Positions 1 through 10,183 are shown, counted from the first letter of the stretch. The stretch is 64,000 nucleotides of DNA from an uncultured cyanobacterium (GCA_963719515.1 CAVRCJ010000004.1:1-64000), one strand, 5' to 3'. A program made the numbers and translations. Notes: generated by a model from the letters alone, not told the origin.

Positions 1-102
1 CTACATACCCTGAAGTATCCTTTGTATATGATAGCTGTGAAAATTGCTAGCCTGAGCTTGCGTGAAGGGTGCACGACCTGCTCAAAAAGATGGCAAAGCA
101 TT

Positions 103-306
103 ATGAAGATGCCTCAAGCTATCCAGACAGCGTTTCAACTTGGGCAAAAAGCTCAAACCCTTTCCAGTGAGCAAGGCTATATCTGTGGGTCCATCTATTA
201 CTGTGATGCTCAGGAATGGCGCTATGCTCTCGATCTTGACGCGAAGCGCATGACTCCATGCGAGGTATGGCATAGGGAAAGTGAGCTGAAGCGGATAGGG
301 TTCTAG
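103..306 (+). CDS. small hypothetical protein
   Basis: ORF with ATG at 103; no family recognised. Confidence 0.45.
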   Translation: MKMPQAIQTAFQLGQKAQTLSSEQGYICGSIYYCDAQEWRYALDLDAKRMTPCEVWHRESELKRIGF

Positions 307-400
307 CTTGGAAAGGGCGGCAACAAAGTGCTGCTTTCGCTTATAAAAATTCACCAACTAAATATTCACTAACCGTTCCTTACCCAACAGTAGAACCAAT

Positions 401-973
401 ATGGACCTATCAACTTTGCTTGCGAATAAAGGCAGCAAGCTAGATGGAATAGATCTCGGTGGCCAGAACTTATCAGGGCTTTGTCTAGAGCGAGTCTCCC
501 TGAAAAATGCCAACTTGAAAGGGGCCAATCTCTCCAGAACCAAACTGAATTACGCAAATTTGACCGGCGCAAATTTGACCGAAGCAAACTTGGAAGAGGC
601 CAACCTGACTGAGGCGATCGCCAAAAACGCGACCTTCCGTAATGCCTCCCTGCAGCGAACCACCTTGATCATGACCTGCTTCAGGGGAGCGGACCTATCC
701 CAGGCGAACTTGACCGACGCTAATTTGGTCGGAGCAGATTTCACGCGGGCAATTCTATCAGAGGCCGAGGTTTCAGAGACTAACTTGCGTGATAGCTGCT
801 GTCTCAATTCCACCGTCATGCCCACAGGAAAGCTCAGTCAAGAAGGCGCCGTTTTCGGTTGGGACAGCTGGAAAGCTACGGGGGAAACAGCCCCCCCACC
901 ACAAAAGAGCAAAACGACACGGAACACCCATCGGCCCTGGATGACATATCGAGGGCGTCAGACTCACACCTGA
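401..973 (+). CDS. pentapeptide repeat protein
   Basis: many A(N/D)Lxx repeats (ANLKG, ANLSR, ANLTE, ADLSQ). Confidence 0.9.
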   Translation: MDLSTLLANKGSKLDGIDLGGQNLSGLCLERVSLKNANLKGANLSRTKLNYANLTGANLTEANLEEANLTEAIAKNATFRNASLQRTTLIMTCFRGADLSQANLTDANLVGADFTRAILSEAEVSETNLRDSCCLNSTVMPTGKLSQEGAVFGWDSWKATGETAPPPQKSKTTRNTHRPWMTYRGRQTHT

Positions 974-1032
974 CCGTCCATAGCGGCGAGCAGCTAATCT
1001 AGGTAGGACGCCATCCACGCAACCGACGCCGC

Positions 1033-2016
1033 ATGCCTAGATCCAACTTAAACCTGACCGCAGCATGGGTACTGGCGGCGGCGATCGCCAGTATCACCGC
1101 CCTCGGGCTTGGAACTTCAGCACTGGGCTGGCCCCTTTACTTAGAGGTATTCTCCCACTTTCAGCTGCAGTACCTCGCTTTGGGCCTGCTGCTGCTGGGG
1201 CTGCTGGGGCTTATCACCCGCAAGTCACCCTTTTGGCTGGGGCTATTTTGCTGCGTTGCGCTGGCGGTTCCCGTAGTCGTCTGGCACATTCCAACGCGGG
1301 AGCGATCGCCTGATGCGGGCAACCTCCGGGTTTTGGTGGCCAACTTAAATGCCCAAAATGAGCGCTATGACCTCGTTGCCGATCTGGTGGCCCAGGAAGA
1401 GCCGGACCTAGCGCTGTTTATGGAGGTTCCTCCCAGCCAGCAAACTCAGCTCGACAGCATTGTCTCGCTACCCTACCGCTACAGTGAGTCCACTCGCCGC
1501 AGCGCCGGTATGACGATCTACAGCCGATATGACCTACTCTCGCCTCGGGTTGACCGCTTTGGGACTGAGCGCAGCGCCAGCGTGCTCACCCACATTACCG
1601 TCAACGGTCAGAAACTGCTCTTGGCGGCCTCGCATCCGCTGCCGCCCACCGGCATGGACTGGTTCGACTCCCGCAATCGACAGCTCCAGGGTTTGGGAGA
1701 CTATCTCGCTACCGTAGAGGAGCCTGTTCTGCTGCTGGGAGACTTCAACCTCACCATGTGGTCTCCTTACTACAGGCGCTTTATCGAGGCGACAAACCTG
1801 GAAAATGCCCGCCGTGGGTTTGGTCTATTGCCAAGCTGGCCGACTCAGCGCACCTTCAAAACGCTTAAGGGACCCATTGCCCTGCTGTTTTCAATTCCCA
1901 TCGACCACTGCTTTCACAGTCCTTCCTTAGAGGTGGTCGACATTCGGTTGGGGGCATTCACCGGGTCTGACCATCGCCCTCTATTAATCGACCTAAACAT
2001 CTCCCCTGATACCTAG
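1033..2016 (+). CDS. endonuclease/exonuclease/phosphatase (EEP) family membrane protein
   Basis: N-terminal TM helices; motifs ANL, GDFN, IDH, SDHRP. Confidence 0.88.
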   Translation: MPRSNLNLTAAWVLAAAIASITALGLGTSALGWPLYLEVFSHFQLQYLALGLLLLGLLGLITRKSPFWLGLFCCVALAVPVVVWHIPTRERSPDAGNLRVLVANLNAQNERYDLVADLVAQEEPDLALFMEVPPSQQTQLDSIVSLPYRYSESTRRSAGMTIYSRYDLLSPRVDRFGTERSASVLTHITVNGQKLLLAASHPLPPTGMDWFDSRNRQLQGLGDYLATVEEPVLLLGDFNLTMWSPYYRRFIEATNLENARRGFGLLPSWPTQRTFKTLKGPIALLFSIPIDHCFHSPSLEVVDIRLGAFTGSDHRPLLIDLNISPDT

Positions 2017-2076
2017 CCCACAGCCACAATCTCAGCATCATCGCTAGAATTGTCGCTGTATCTCATAAAGTAACCC

Positions 2077-3177
2077 ATGACCAGTCCTACTCTGCTCAGT
2101 CCGTTTCAACTCGGCGACTTAAATTTTCCCAACAGAGTCGTCATGGCCCCCCTGACGCGATCGCGGGCGGGGGAAGATCGCGTTCCCAACACACTGATGG
2201 CCACCTACTACCAGCAGCGCGCTTCCGCAGGCCTCATCGTTTCTGAAGCTACCGTAGTTTCCCAGCAGGGCATCGGCTGGGTTCAGTCTCCCGGCATCTA
2301 TTCTGACGAGCAGGCGCTAGCGTGGCAGCACGTTACGGAGGCGGTTCACCAAGCAGGGGGCCGGATATTTCTGCAGCTGTGGCACTGCGGCCGCGCCTCT
2401 CACTCTAGTTTTCACGACGGCGCCCTGCCGGTGTCGGCCTCGGCTATCAAGCTCGATGGCGACGAAATCCATACCCCTAAGGGCAAAGAACCCTACGAGA
2501 CTCCCCGCGCCCTCACCACCGAGGAAGTGCCCGCCGTCGTTGAAGACTACTGCCTTGCCGCAGAGCGCGCCAAGATAGCCGGCTTTGACGGGGTAGAAGT
2601 CCACGCCGCTAACGGCTACTTGATCGACCAGTTTTTGCAGTCTAAGACTAACCAGCGTAGCGATCGCTACGGGGGGTCTATCGAAGCCCGCTACCAATTC
2701 CTCAAAGAGATCGTCGAAGCGGTGCTGACGGTGTGGCCTGCAGAGCGCATTGGCGTACGGCTAGCCCCCAACGGAGCCTTCAACGATATGGGGAGTCCCG
2801 ACTACCGAGAGACCTTCACCTACGTGGCCCAGCAGCTCAACGCCTACGGGCTGGCCTACCTGCACGTCATGGATGGCCTCGCATTTGGCTTTCACGAATT
2901 GGGGGAGCCCATGACCCTACTAGAATTCCGTAAGGTGTTTGGTGGGCCTCTGATTGGTAACTGCGGCTATGATCAAGAAAGCGCAGAAAACGCGATCGCC
3001 CAAAACAACGCGGATATGATTGCTTTTGGCCGCCCCTACATCAGCAACCCAGACCTGGTAGAGCGCTTTGCCAACGGCTGGCCCCTCAACGAAGAGGCAG
3101 ACCAGTCGGTGTGGTATTCCTTCGACGCCGAGGGCTACGTAGATTTCTCTCCGTATGCTGAGGCCCAGGCCAGCTAA
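2077..3177 (+). CDS. alkene reductase (Old Yellow Enzyme, NemA-like)
   Basis: NRVVMAPLTRSRA, GFDGVEVHAANGYLIDQFL, AFGRPYISNPDL. Confidence 0.95.
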   Translation: MTSPTLLSPFQLGDLNFPNRVVMAPLTRSRAGEDRVPNTLMATYYQQRASAGLIVSEATVVSQQGIGWVQSPGIYSDEQALAWQHVTEAVHQAGGRIFLQLWHCGRASHSSFHDGALPVSASAIKLDGDEIHTPKGKEPYETPRALTTEEVPAVVEDYCLAAERAKIAGFDGVEVHAANGYLIDQFLQSKTNQRSDRYGGSIEARYQFLKEIVEAVLTVWPAERIGVRLAPNGAFNDMGSPDYRETFTYVAQQLNAYGLAYLHVMDGLAFGFHELGEPMTLLEFRKVFGGPLIGNCGYDQESAENAIAQNNADMIAFGRPYISNPDLVERFANGWPLNEEADQSVWYSFDAEGYVDFSPYAEAQAS

Positions 3178-3227
3178 GAGGCTTCTGTGCGGGCATGGCG
3201 TGCTATGTCCCGCAATCGGACAGTAGC

Positions 3228-3887
3228 CTACAGACCCACTTCTTCTTCTTCAATCACGGCGGTCTCCCTGCAGGCCGCCTCGCGCCATGCCCTTACCTGG
3301 GGGTCGCTGAGGACGTGGGTGATGTAGCCCGTCACAGCGTCGTTTCCTGAGACGCCGTAGGTGTTGAAGCGAAATACTACGGGGGCATACATGGCGTCGG
3401 CAATGCTGAAGTCGCCAAACAGCCAGGGACCTGCCTCGACGTCAGCCTCTAAATTTTGGCGGCAGTTTGCCCAGATTTCCTGAACACGGTGAGTGTCTTT
3501 CTCCAGCGCCGGCGTCCCTAACACCTGTCGGGCTTCAGCGCGGCAGTTCATGGGCATTTTTTGCCGCAGCGCCATAAACCCCGCGTGCATTTCTGCCGAG
3601 ATGGAGCGGGCTCGGGCCCGCTGAGCCGCATCCTGCGGCCACAGCTGCGGATGAGCTTCGGCCAAATACTCGGCGATCGCCATCGTGTCCCAAATCACCA
3701 GATCGCCGTCTCGGTAGACGGGCACCCGTCCCGCAGGAGACTGTCGGTAGAGCGCCGCTTGAGAACCCTCTACCGACAGCGGCACCATTACTTCCTCAAA
3801 ATCAACTTCGAGCTTGGCCAACAGTAGCCAAGCTCGAAGCGACCAGGAAGAATAGTTTTTGTTGCCGATAACGAGCTGAGTCGACAT
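3228..3887 (-). CDS. glutathione S-transferase family protein
   Basis: IGNKNYSSWSLRAW, SPAGRVP, FSIADAMYAPV; ATG at 3887 preferred because the longer ORF overlaps rpsU. Confidence 0.93.
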   Translation of the reverse strand: MSTQLVIGNKNYSSWSLRAWLLLAKLEVDFEEVMVPLSVEGSQAALYRQSPAGRVPVYRDGDLVIWDTMAIAEYLAEAHPQLWPQDAAQRARARSISAEMHAGFMALRQKMPMNCRAEARQVLGTPALEKDTHRVQEIWANCRQNLEADVEAGPWLFGDFSIADAMYAPVVFRFNTYGVSGNDAVTGYITHVLSDPQVRAWREAACRETAVIEEEEVGL

Positions 3888-3912
3888 GATTCCTAAAGGC
3901 CTCAATGAGCGC

Positions 3913-4116
3913 TTATCGGTTCGACTTACCGCGATCGCGCATCCGACGGCGCTCTCGCCTGCGGGCAACTTCTTTGCGCCGATGCTTCTCGGCTGGGGTT
4001 TCAAAATGTCGGTTCTTCTTCATGTCCGCAAAAATACCGGCCTGCGATACCTTTCGCTTAAAGCGACGCAGGGCCGATTCTAACTGCTCATTCTCGCCGA
4101 CGAGCACCTGAGCCAT
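3913..4116 (-). CDS. rpsU: 30S ribosomal protein bS21
   Basis: [44 protein letters not shown] upstream. Confidence 0.97.
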   Translation of the reverse strand: MAQVLVGENEQLESALRRFKRKVSQAGIFADMKKNRHFETPAEKHRRKEVARRRERRRMRDRGKSNR

Positions 4117-4204
4117 TCAATATCCTCCTTAACAGTAGGCTGGGGTTGACAGTTTTGTCGTTGATAGAGCTGTAGCAGCATAATCTAGACGGTAGTCCAT
4201 CATA

Positions 4205-4867
4205 TCAGAAACGCTTGGCAGTATGCTGCTGGGGGTCAAATTCTAGCCGCTGCTCAAAATCTGTCTCCCCATAGAGGTTAAACGAAACCACCGGCTCGTC
4301 TCCCACCGGCTCGACATTGTGAATCGCGCCGGGTAAAAAGGCCACTACGTCACCCGGAATAAAGGTAACCTCGCCCACCTGCTGAATGCGATGAGGATGC
4401 TCTGCGGTCTCCGCCTGCCGCCAAAGCGTATTCTTCTCGCTGCCGCCCACAATGGCGACAATAGCCCAAGCCCCGTGATTATGAATCGGGGAGGGGTTTC
4501 CCGATAGCCAGGCAACCATTTGCGCTGTCAGCGGCCAGCCATACTCACGGTACAAAAAGTTGACCGACCAGCCCGGCTGCTCAGGGGGCTGCTTATATTC
4601 CATTTGCAGCCAGTAGGAGCTGATGAGCAGCTTGCGCACTAAGGGCACCGAACGCTCTAGCCGCTGCCGCTCGTCTGTCGTCGCCATCAAAATATCGTCT
4701 AGGTCCGACAAGAACCGGTAGAGACGATAGACCGTTTCGGGCTCCTCGACCTCAGCTTCTCCAAACGGCTCGCAGCGCCCGTCTGGGTAAACTAACCAGT
4801 TGGCGGGGTCGTGGTCAGCGTCGATAGGAACAAACTCGTCGCGCTCTAAGGAATCTGAGATTTGCAT
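4205..4867 (-). CDS. cupin-fold protein (cysteine dioxygenase-like)
   Basis: SPIHNHGAW and AIHNVE cupin His motifs. Confidence 0.8.
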   Translation of the reverse strand: MQISDSLERDEFVPIDADHDPANWLVYPDGRCEPFGEAEVEEPETVYRLYRFLSDLDDILMATTDERQRLERSVPLVRKLLISSYWLQMEYKQPPEQPGWSVNFLYREYGWPLTAQMVAWLSGNPSPIHNHGAWAIVAIVGGSEKNTLWRQAETAEHPHRIQQVGEVTFIPGDVVAFLPGAIHNVEPVGDEPVVSFNLYGETDFEQRLEFDPQQHTAKRF

Positions 4868-4982
4868 GGGTTTGGAAAGGCACCGCCGAGAACGGGGCTA
4901 GAATTTGGAAAGTTACCGTTTCGACTTTGGCGATCGCACTCTAAGTGCTGGTTTGATGATACGCATTGACCGAGCCTACTTG

Positions 4983-5038
4983 ACCGAGTCCACAGTACCG
5001 AGTTCACAGTACCGAGTTCACAGTACCGAGTTCACAGT
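4983..5038. repeat. 14-bp tandem repeat ACCGAGTTCACAGT x4
   Basis: four adjacent copies, one mismatch in the first. Confidence 0.95.
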
Positions 5039-5225
5039 GGCGCATGGGGCCGTTGTTCAAGGAACTTTAGCCTAGTCTATCTCGCTAGCGCGGCGCGCTG
5101 CTCCGTTAGGACGGACAGAATATTTAATCTTTTTCTCATTTTTCTTTCAGCTTGTCGTGTCTTAATCCTAAGTTGAGGTGACAAGTCGTCATAACTGAAA
5201 AAAGTTTTACATCTGGAGAACCCCT

Positions 5226-5414
5226 ATGAAAGTAAAGTATCTTGGTACCCTAGCAATGGCTTCTGCACTAGGCCTCAGCCTTGCTGCTACCGGCTGTAGC
5301 GGGGGCTCCAACCCTTGCGCGGGCAACCCCTGCGCCGGCGAGAAGACCGAGAATCCCTGCGCCAGCGAGAAGACCGCTGATCCCTGCGCCGCTAATCCCT
5401 GCGCCGGTGAATAG
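5226..5414 (+). CDS. small Cys-rich lipoprotein with five (N/D)PCA repeats
   Basis: GGAG RBS, signal peptide ending LAATGC, repeat body, downstream hairpin. Confidence 0.85.
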   Translation: MKVKYLGTLAMASALGLSLAATGCSGGSNPCAGNPCAGEKTENPCASEKTADPCAANPCAGE

Positions 5415-5520
5415 TTGAGCTAGGCAGAGCCTCTACGATACCTCGGTTGCTTCAATGTCTAAGCCCTAGCGCTTAGATTCTCTAGACTCAGTTGATCGCT
5501 AAGAGCCAAGCATTTATTCG

Positions 5521-5550
5521 AGAAGCGCATCGTTGTTAATGCGCTTCTTT
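5521..5550 (+). terminator. putative intrinsic terminator
   Basis: AGAAGCGCAT/ATGCGCTTCT 10-bp stem with short T tail. Confidence 0.55.
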
Positions 5551-5656
5551 GATATTGGCGCTTCTTCAGCAGTCGTCTTAGCGTAAAACCGCCTCAGTCA
5601 TTTTGTATTTTGTGGCAGAGCGCCGTAGGGTAGCAGAAACCCTATTCCTGTCCGGT

Positions 5657-7831
5657 ATGCTGCGCCAAATTTTGATTACTGCTGTGGTGCTGACGCTGAC
5701 CGTTGGTGCTGGAATTCCAGCCGTTCAGGCTGACGTCCTCAAGGCCCCCACCGACCTACCGGATCAGGCCCCGCTGCCAATGGCGTCGCTTACGCCACTC
5801 ACGGTAGAACTGCTCCAAGAGCGCGTTCAGGCCCCCGTTCAGCAGGAGGGGACGCGGGTTGTTGACCTGCGTCAGCTGACCATTGACCTAAGCTCAAAGA
5901 GCGATCTCCGCGATGTGTTTTATCAAACCCTGCGCCAGCAGCAGTCCAAGGTCCCCGTTGGTCTTGACATCAGTGGGGCAGTCGTTGTCGGCCCTCTGAC
6001 AGCAAGCCGCCTAGGCCAAGTCGTGTCTCTCTACAGCCCAGAGCTCCCCGCCAGCCTGACAAATGCTGAACAAGAGCAGCTGCAGCGCGATCGCCGTCGC
6101 CTCACGCAGCCCAGCCAGCTGTCGCGATCGCTAGTCCAGCCGACGACCTCAAATCCAAACGCCGTGCTCTTTCCAGGAGCGCTGCGGGCCCAGAAGACGC
6201 GCTTCACCGGTCCGGTTGACCTCTCTAAAACCTTCTTTTTGGGAACAATTCAGGCTCAAGGGGCGATCGCCGAGCAAACCTTCACCGGGGCAGAATCGAG
6301 ATTCAGTCGGTCAGTAGACTTGACGCAGGCAACTTTTGAAAGTGATATCCAATGGCAAAACGCCGTTTTCTTTGGCCCGGCTACATTCACCGGAACTGAT
6401 TTCGAGGAAGAAACGAGCTTTGCCGGCAGTGAGTTTCGCGATGCCGCCAACTTCGCTCAAAGCCGCTTCCAGCAGGATGCCAACTTCAGTAAAGTCGTCT
6501 GGCAAGACGCAGACTTCTCTCAATCCTACTGGGCGGGAGCGGCGCTGTTCACCAGAAATACGGTCAATCAGGCTCTGCTGCTGCTGGACGCCCTATTCAA
6601 TCAGCGCCTGTCGTTTCGGGAAACCCAGTTCAATCAGTCCGTCAATCTTAGGGGGGCTAGCCTTCTGGGCCAAGCGGACTTTGGGGATGTAACCTTTGGA
6701 GCCGACGCCTATTTGAATGTCTCAGGCTTAGAGTTCAGCGCCGGTCTAGCCAAGATCCTGGGCAGCCCTGGGGAAATTGGCGTTGCCCTGTCTGTTGCCA
6801 CGCTTCAGGGCAACGAGACCTTACTGCGCAACCTCATCCGCAATTTTCGCCTCCAAGAACAGATTTCAGATGCCAATCAGCTTCAGTACACCACCGAAAC
6901 CCTACGCCAGGCACTGCTCTATAGTCAGCTTACAGACCTAAACGTCAACTCAGCGGCCTTGCCCCAGCTCGAAGCAGTGGGGTTTACGGCAGAGCAAGCC
7001 CAAGCGATCGCCGACCGCCGTCAGGACGCCCCCTTTCAGAGGCTGTCAGACCTATTGCTCCTCGATCCCATTGACTTCGACACCTACCTCAGCCTCAGCG
7101 ATGCCCTAGTCGCAGCCCCGCCTCTCAACCTCAAACAGCGCGTCGTCACCGGGATTTACTGGCTTGGGTTGACCCTGCTGCTGTTGCTCACCCGCTACGG
7201 CACGAATCTATGGCTCATTTTTGGCATTGGTCTGGTTGCCATCGCTTACTTTAGTCTACTGCTCTGGGGTATTGACCGCTTTCGCCGCCTGCAGGTGCCC
7301 TCTCCGAAGCCAACCGCGACCGAAGTCTACTGCATGCTCGGCAGCTCAGGGCTACTCGCGGCCAGCGGCGTCAACTCAATTGTGCAGTCGTCCGACCATC
7401 CTATTTGGTCTTTACTCTGTGTAGGCCTGGTAATTGGCCCCATTCCGCTAGCGCTTGTGGCAAGGCTCTATGCCCAGGCGCGTCAGCATCCACTGCTCAA
7501 TCAAAGCTACTTTGTGGAAGATGGCAGCTCCCGGCAGCTGCAGCTGCTCATTGGCCGTCTACCTATCATTCCCCGCTTTACGTTCTTTCGCGATCGCTAC
7601 GAGCCCATCCTCTGGGAGCGCCGCTGGAATTGGCTCAACTACCTTGACTTGAGTCTGCTAAATCTGATCAAGTTTGGCTTCAACGACATCCGCTTGCGGG
7701 ATCAGTCTGTTCCTGGTCTAGTAACGGCGCTAGTGTGGTATCAATGGGCTTTGGGGCTGCTCTACGTTTCTCTGCTGCTGTGGACCTTCTCCCGCACTAT
7801 TCCTGGGCTGAACCTCCTAATCTATTTCTAA
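5657..7831 (+). CDS. pentapeptide-repeat membrane protein with helix-hairpin-helix segment
   Basis: signal peptide, A(T/D/N)Fxx repeats, LNVNSAALPQLEAVGF (ComEA-like HhH), C-terminal TM helices; ATG at 5657. Confidence 0.8.
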   Translation: MLRQILITAVVLTLTVGAGIPAVQADVLKAPTDLPDQAPLPMASLTPLTVELLQERVQAPVQQEGTRVVDLRQLTIDLSSKSDLRDVFYQTLRQQQSKVPVGLDISGAVVVGPLTASRLGQVVSLYSPELPASLTNAEQEQLQRDRRRLTQPSQLSRSLVQPTTSNPNAVLFPGALRAQKTRFTGPVDLSKTFFLGTIQAQGAIAEQTFTGAESRFSRSVDLTQATFESDIQWQNAVFFGPATFTGTDFEEETSFAGSEFRDAANFAQSRFQQDANFSKVVWQDADFSQSYWAGAALFTRNTVNQALLLLDALFNQRLSFRETQFNQSVNLRGASLLGQADFGDVTFGADAYLNVSGLEFSAGLAKILGSPGEIGVALSVATLQGNETLLRNLIRNFRLQEQISDANQLQYTTETLRQALLYSQLTDLNVNSAALPQLEAVGFTAEQAQAIADRRQDAPFQRLSDLLLLDPIDFDTYLSLSDALVAAPPLNLKQRVVTGIYWLGLTLLLLLTRYGTNLWLIFGIGLVAIAYFSLLLWGIDRFRRLQVPSPKPTATEVYCMLGSSGLLAASGVNSIVQSSDHPIWSLLCVGLVIGPIPLALVARLYAQARQHPLLNQSYFVEDGSSRQLQLLIGRLPIIPRFTFFRDRYEPILWERRWNWLNYLDLSLLNLIKFGFNDIRLRDQSVPGLVTALVWYQWALGLLYVSLLLWTFSRTIPGLNLLIYF

Positions 7832-7853
7832 GCAAAACTATTTCTAAGCAAAA

Positions 7854-7878
7854 GAGGGATAGGCAATGCCCATCCCTC
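7854..7878 (-). terminator. hairpin terminator between convergent genes
   Basis: GAGGGAT...ATCCCTC stem preceded by AAAA (U tail on the minus strand). Confidence 0.6.
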
Positions 7879-7921
7879 CGTAAACGTAAATTCAAGAACT
7901 ACCTCGCGCAGAGGCCGTCTT

Positions 7922-8710
7922 CTATCGCGTTACCGCGTCCGCCGCGTCGTCCGCTCCGCGCTTGACGCTCTTGGCGGCGTCATTCACAGCATCACCGACG
8001 CTATCTGCTGCGTCTTTGGTTGCCCGCTGAGCGCTTTGAAAGATGTTGAGACCTTTACGCTGAGCATCATCCGTTGCATCATCAACGGCGTTAGCGGCAT
8101 CTTCAGCCGCGCGCTTGGTGCTCTGAGCCGCATCGCGACCTGCACGCTGAGCAGAGTTCTTTGCGTTAACTGCGGCCCGCTTGCTGCCGTCTAAGATGTT
8201 CTCAGCATTCTCGCTACCGAGGTCGCGGATGCGATCGCGGTTGACGTTGGGGGAAGTAAGGTCAGCATCGTCCGCAGCGTTCTCTGCCGCATCGCCGACA
8301 TTTTCACCAATGTTCTGGATGCGCTCACCTAGGGGCGTACCGGACCGATAGTTATCGACAAAGTCGTCAACATCCTGAACCTTGTTTACGTTGCGCTCAG
8401 CGCTGCGCTGCAGGCGATCGCTCTTAGCGCTGACGCCAGACGTATCCCGACGGGGGTCAGTGTCGCTATATTGATTTATGCCGCCTTTGCGGGACTGAGT
8501 TTCGTCATAGGTGTTGGTGAACTGCTCACTGCCGGGGTTCTCGGCTGCGGTGCCGGCTGCTTTGGTCGACAAAGGAGAGTCGACGCTGTCAGCAGAGGTA
8601 GCGCTGGCGCTGCAGGAAGTGGTCAGCAGCAGAGTCACAGCAGCAAATATAGTAAGCGTTTTGCGTCCCCATACTGTGGCACGCCTTAAAAATGAAGTAA
8701 TACGACTCAT
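7922..8710 (-). CDS. hydrophilic low-complexity putative lipoprotein (LEA-like)
   Basis: signal ending LLLTTSC; Ala/Asp-rich quasi-repeats. Confidence 0.7.
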   Translation of the reverse strand: MSRITSFLRRATVWGRKTLTIFAAVTLLLTTSCSASATSADSVDSPLSTKAAGTAAENPGSEQFTNTYDETQSRKGGINQYSDTDPRRDTSGVSAKSDRLQRSAERNVNKVQDVDDFVDNYRSGTPLGERIQNIGENVGDAAENAADDADLTSPNVNRDRIRDLGSENAENILDGSKRAAVNAKNSAQRAGRDAAQSTKRAAEDAANAVDDATDDAQRKGLNIFQSAQRATKDAADSVGDAVNDAAKSVKRGADDAADAVTR

Positions 8711-8815
8711 GGCTTATATCTCGCATTTGTACAGTATTGAATATCACAGTTTGTCAAATTAGCTGGCGTCTATCCAATGGGTAAAATCGTCTCATCTAAG
8801 GTTATAAATTTTGCT

Positions 8816-8850
8816 CAAAGTGAGTCTGAAGCAGCCTCAGACTCACTTTG
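8816..8850 (-). terminator. perfect 14-bp inverted repeat downstream of argG
   Basis: CAAAGTGAGTCTGA-N7-TCAGACTCACTTTG. Confidence 0.6.
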
Positions 8851-8980
8851 GTCCGATGCAGCCTCTCGGCTAAACAATTGCCAAGAAGCGTAAGACTAAT
8901 TTTCGGCGATCGCCAAAGGAGCCGGTAGGAGCAGGGCTCCTACCTTAGTGGCGTCACAGCCGGCGTCGGCGCCACGACCG

Positions 8981-10183
8981 CTACCCCCGCGTATTTTGTG
9001 CCCAAACTCGCGTGGGTAGGCCCCAGACATAGATGAAGCCCTCTGCCGCTTTGTGGTCGAACTGATCGTCAGCGCCGTAGGTCGCCAAATCAGGCGTATA
9101 CAGCGATAGATCAGATTGACGGCCCACAATTGTCGCACTGCCCTTGAATAGCTTCACCCGCACCGTGCCCGAAACGCGCTGCTGAGTGTCTTGAATAAAA
9201 GCATCCAGCGCCGTCTTCAAGGGGTTGTACCAAAGGCCGTTATAGATCATCTGGGCATAGGTCTCTTCGATGCCGCGCTTGTAGTGGGTTACATCCGCCG
9301 TTAGCGTCAAACTCTCTAGGTCCCGGTGAGCAGCGATCAGCACGAGCAGCGCCGGCGCTTCGTAAATCTCCCGCGACTTGATGCCCACCAGCCGGTTCTC
9401 CACCATATCGATGCGGCCATAGCCGTGGCGTCCGGCAATATCGTTGAGCTGGGTAATCAGCGCGATGGAGGGCAGCTTCTCGCCATTGAGGGACACGGGA
9501 ATGCCCTGCTCAAACCCGATGTCCACAAGCTCAGGCTCGTTTGGCGTGTCGGCTATAGCCTGGGTCATGGCGTAGACCTCTTCTAGCGGCGCATTCCAGG
9601 GTTCTTCGAGTGGGCCGGCCTCCACCGACCGACCCAGCAGGTTGCGGTCAATGCTGTAGGGGGAAGACTTTTTCACTGGGGAAGGAATGCCATGGCGCTC
9701 GCCGTAGGCAATGGTCTCCTCCCGGCTCATTCCCCACTCGCGGGCCGGGGTAAGCACCGTCAAATCGGGATTCAAGGCGGCGATCGCGACGTCGAAGCGC
9801 ACCTGGTCGTTTCCTTTTCCTGTGCAGCCGTGGGCTACTGCATCAGCGCCATATTCCGCCGCCACCTCCACTAGCCGCTTGGCAATGAGCGGACGGGCCA
9901 GGGCTGTGGAGAGGGGATAGCGATTTTCGTAAAGGGCATTGGCCTGGACGGCAGGAAACGCATAGTCTCTGACGAATTCTTCCTGGAGATTGGCTACAAT
10001 TGACTCGCTAGCGCCTGAGTCCAGCGCCTTCTGACGCACGCTCTCCAGCTCATCCCCTTGACCTAGGTCCGCAGCTAGGGTGATGACTTCTTTAACGCCC
10101 CACTCGTTCATTAAGTAAGGAATACAGACGGACGTATCGACTCCGCCAGAATAGGCTAGAACGGCCTTCTTTGCACGGCTCAT
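8981..10183 (-). CDS. argG: argininosuccinate synthase
   Basis: [39 protein letters not shown]. Confidence 0.98.
   Translation of the reverse strand: MSRAKKAVLAYSGGVDTSVCIPYLMNEWGVKEVITLAADLGQGDELESVRQKALDSGASESIVANLQEEFVRDYAFPAVQANALYENRYPLSTALARPLIAKRLVEVAAEYGADAVAHGCTGKGNDQVRFDVAIAALNPDLTVLTPAREWGMSREETIAYGERHGIPSPVKKSSPYSIDRNLLGRSVEAGPLEEPWNAPLEEVYAMTQAIADTPNEPELVDIGFEQGIPVSLNGEKLPSIALITQLNDIAGRHGYGRIDMVENRLVGIKSREIYEAPALLVLIAAHRDLESLTLTADVTHYKRGIEETYAQMIYNGLWYNPLKTALDAFIQDTQQRVSGTVRVKLFKGSATIVGRQSDLSLYTPDLATYGADDQFDHKAAEGFIYVWGLPTRVWAQNTRG

Noticed and set aside
3888..4004. N-terminal extension of the GST ORF
   Set aside because: It overlaps rpsU; GST homology starts at ATG 3887.
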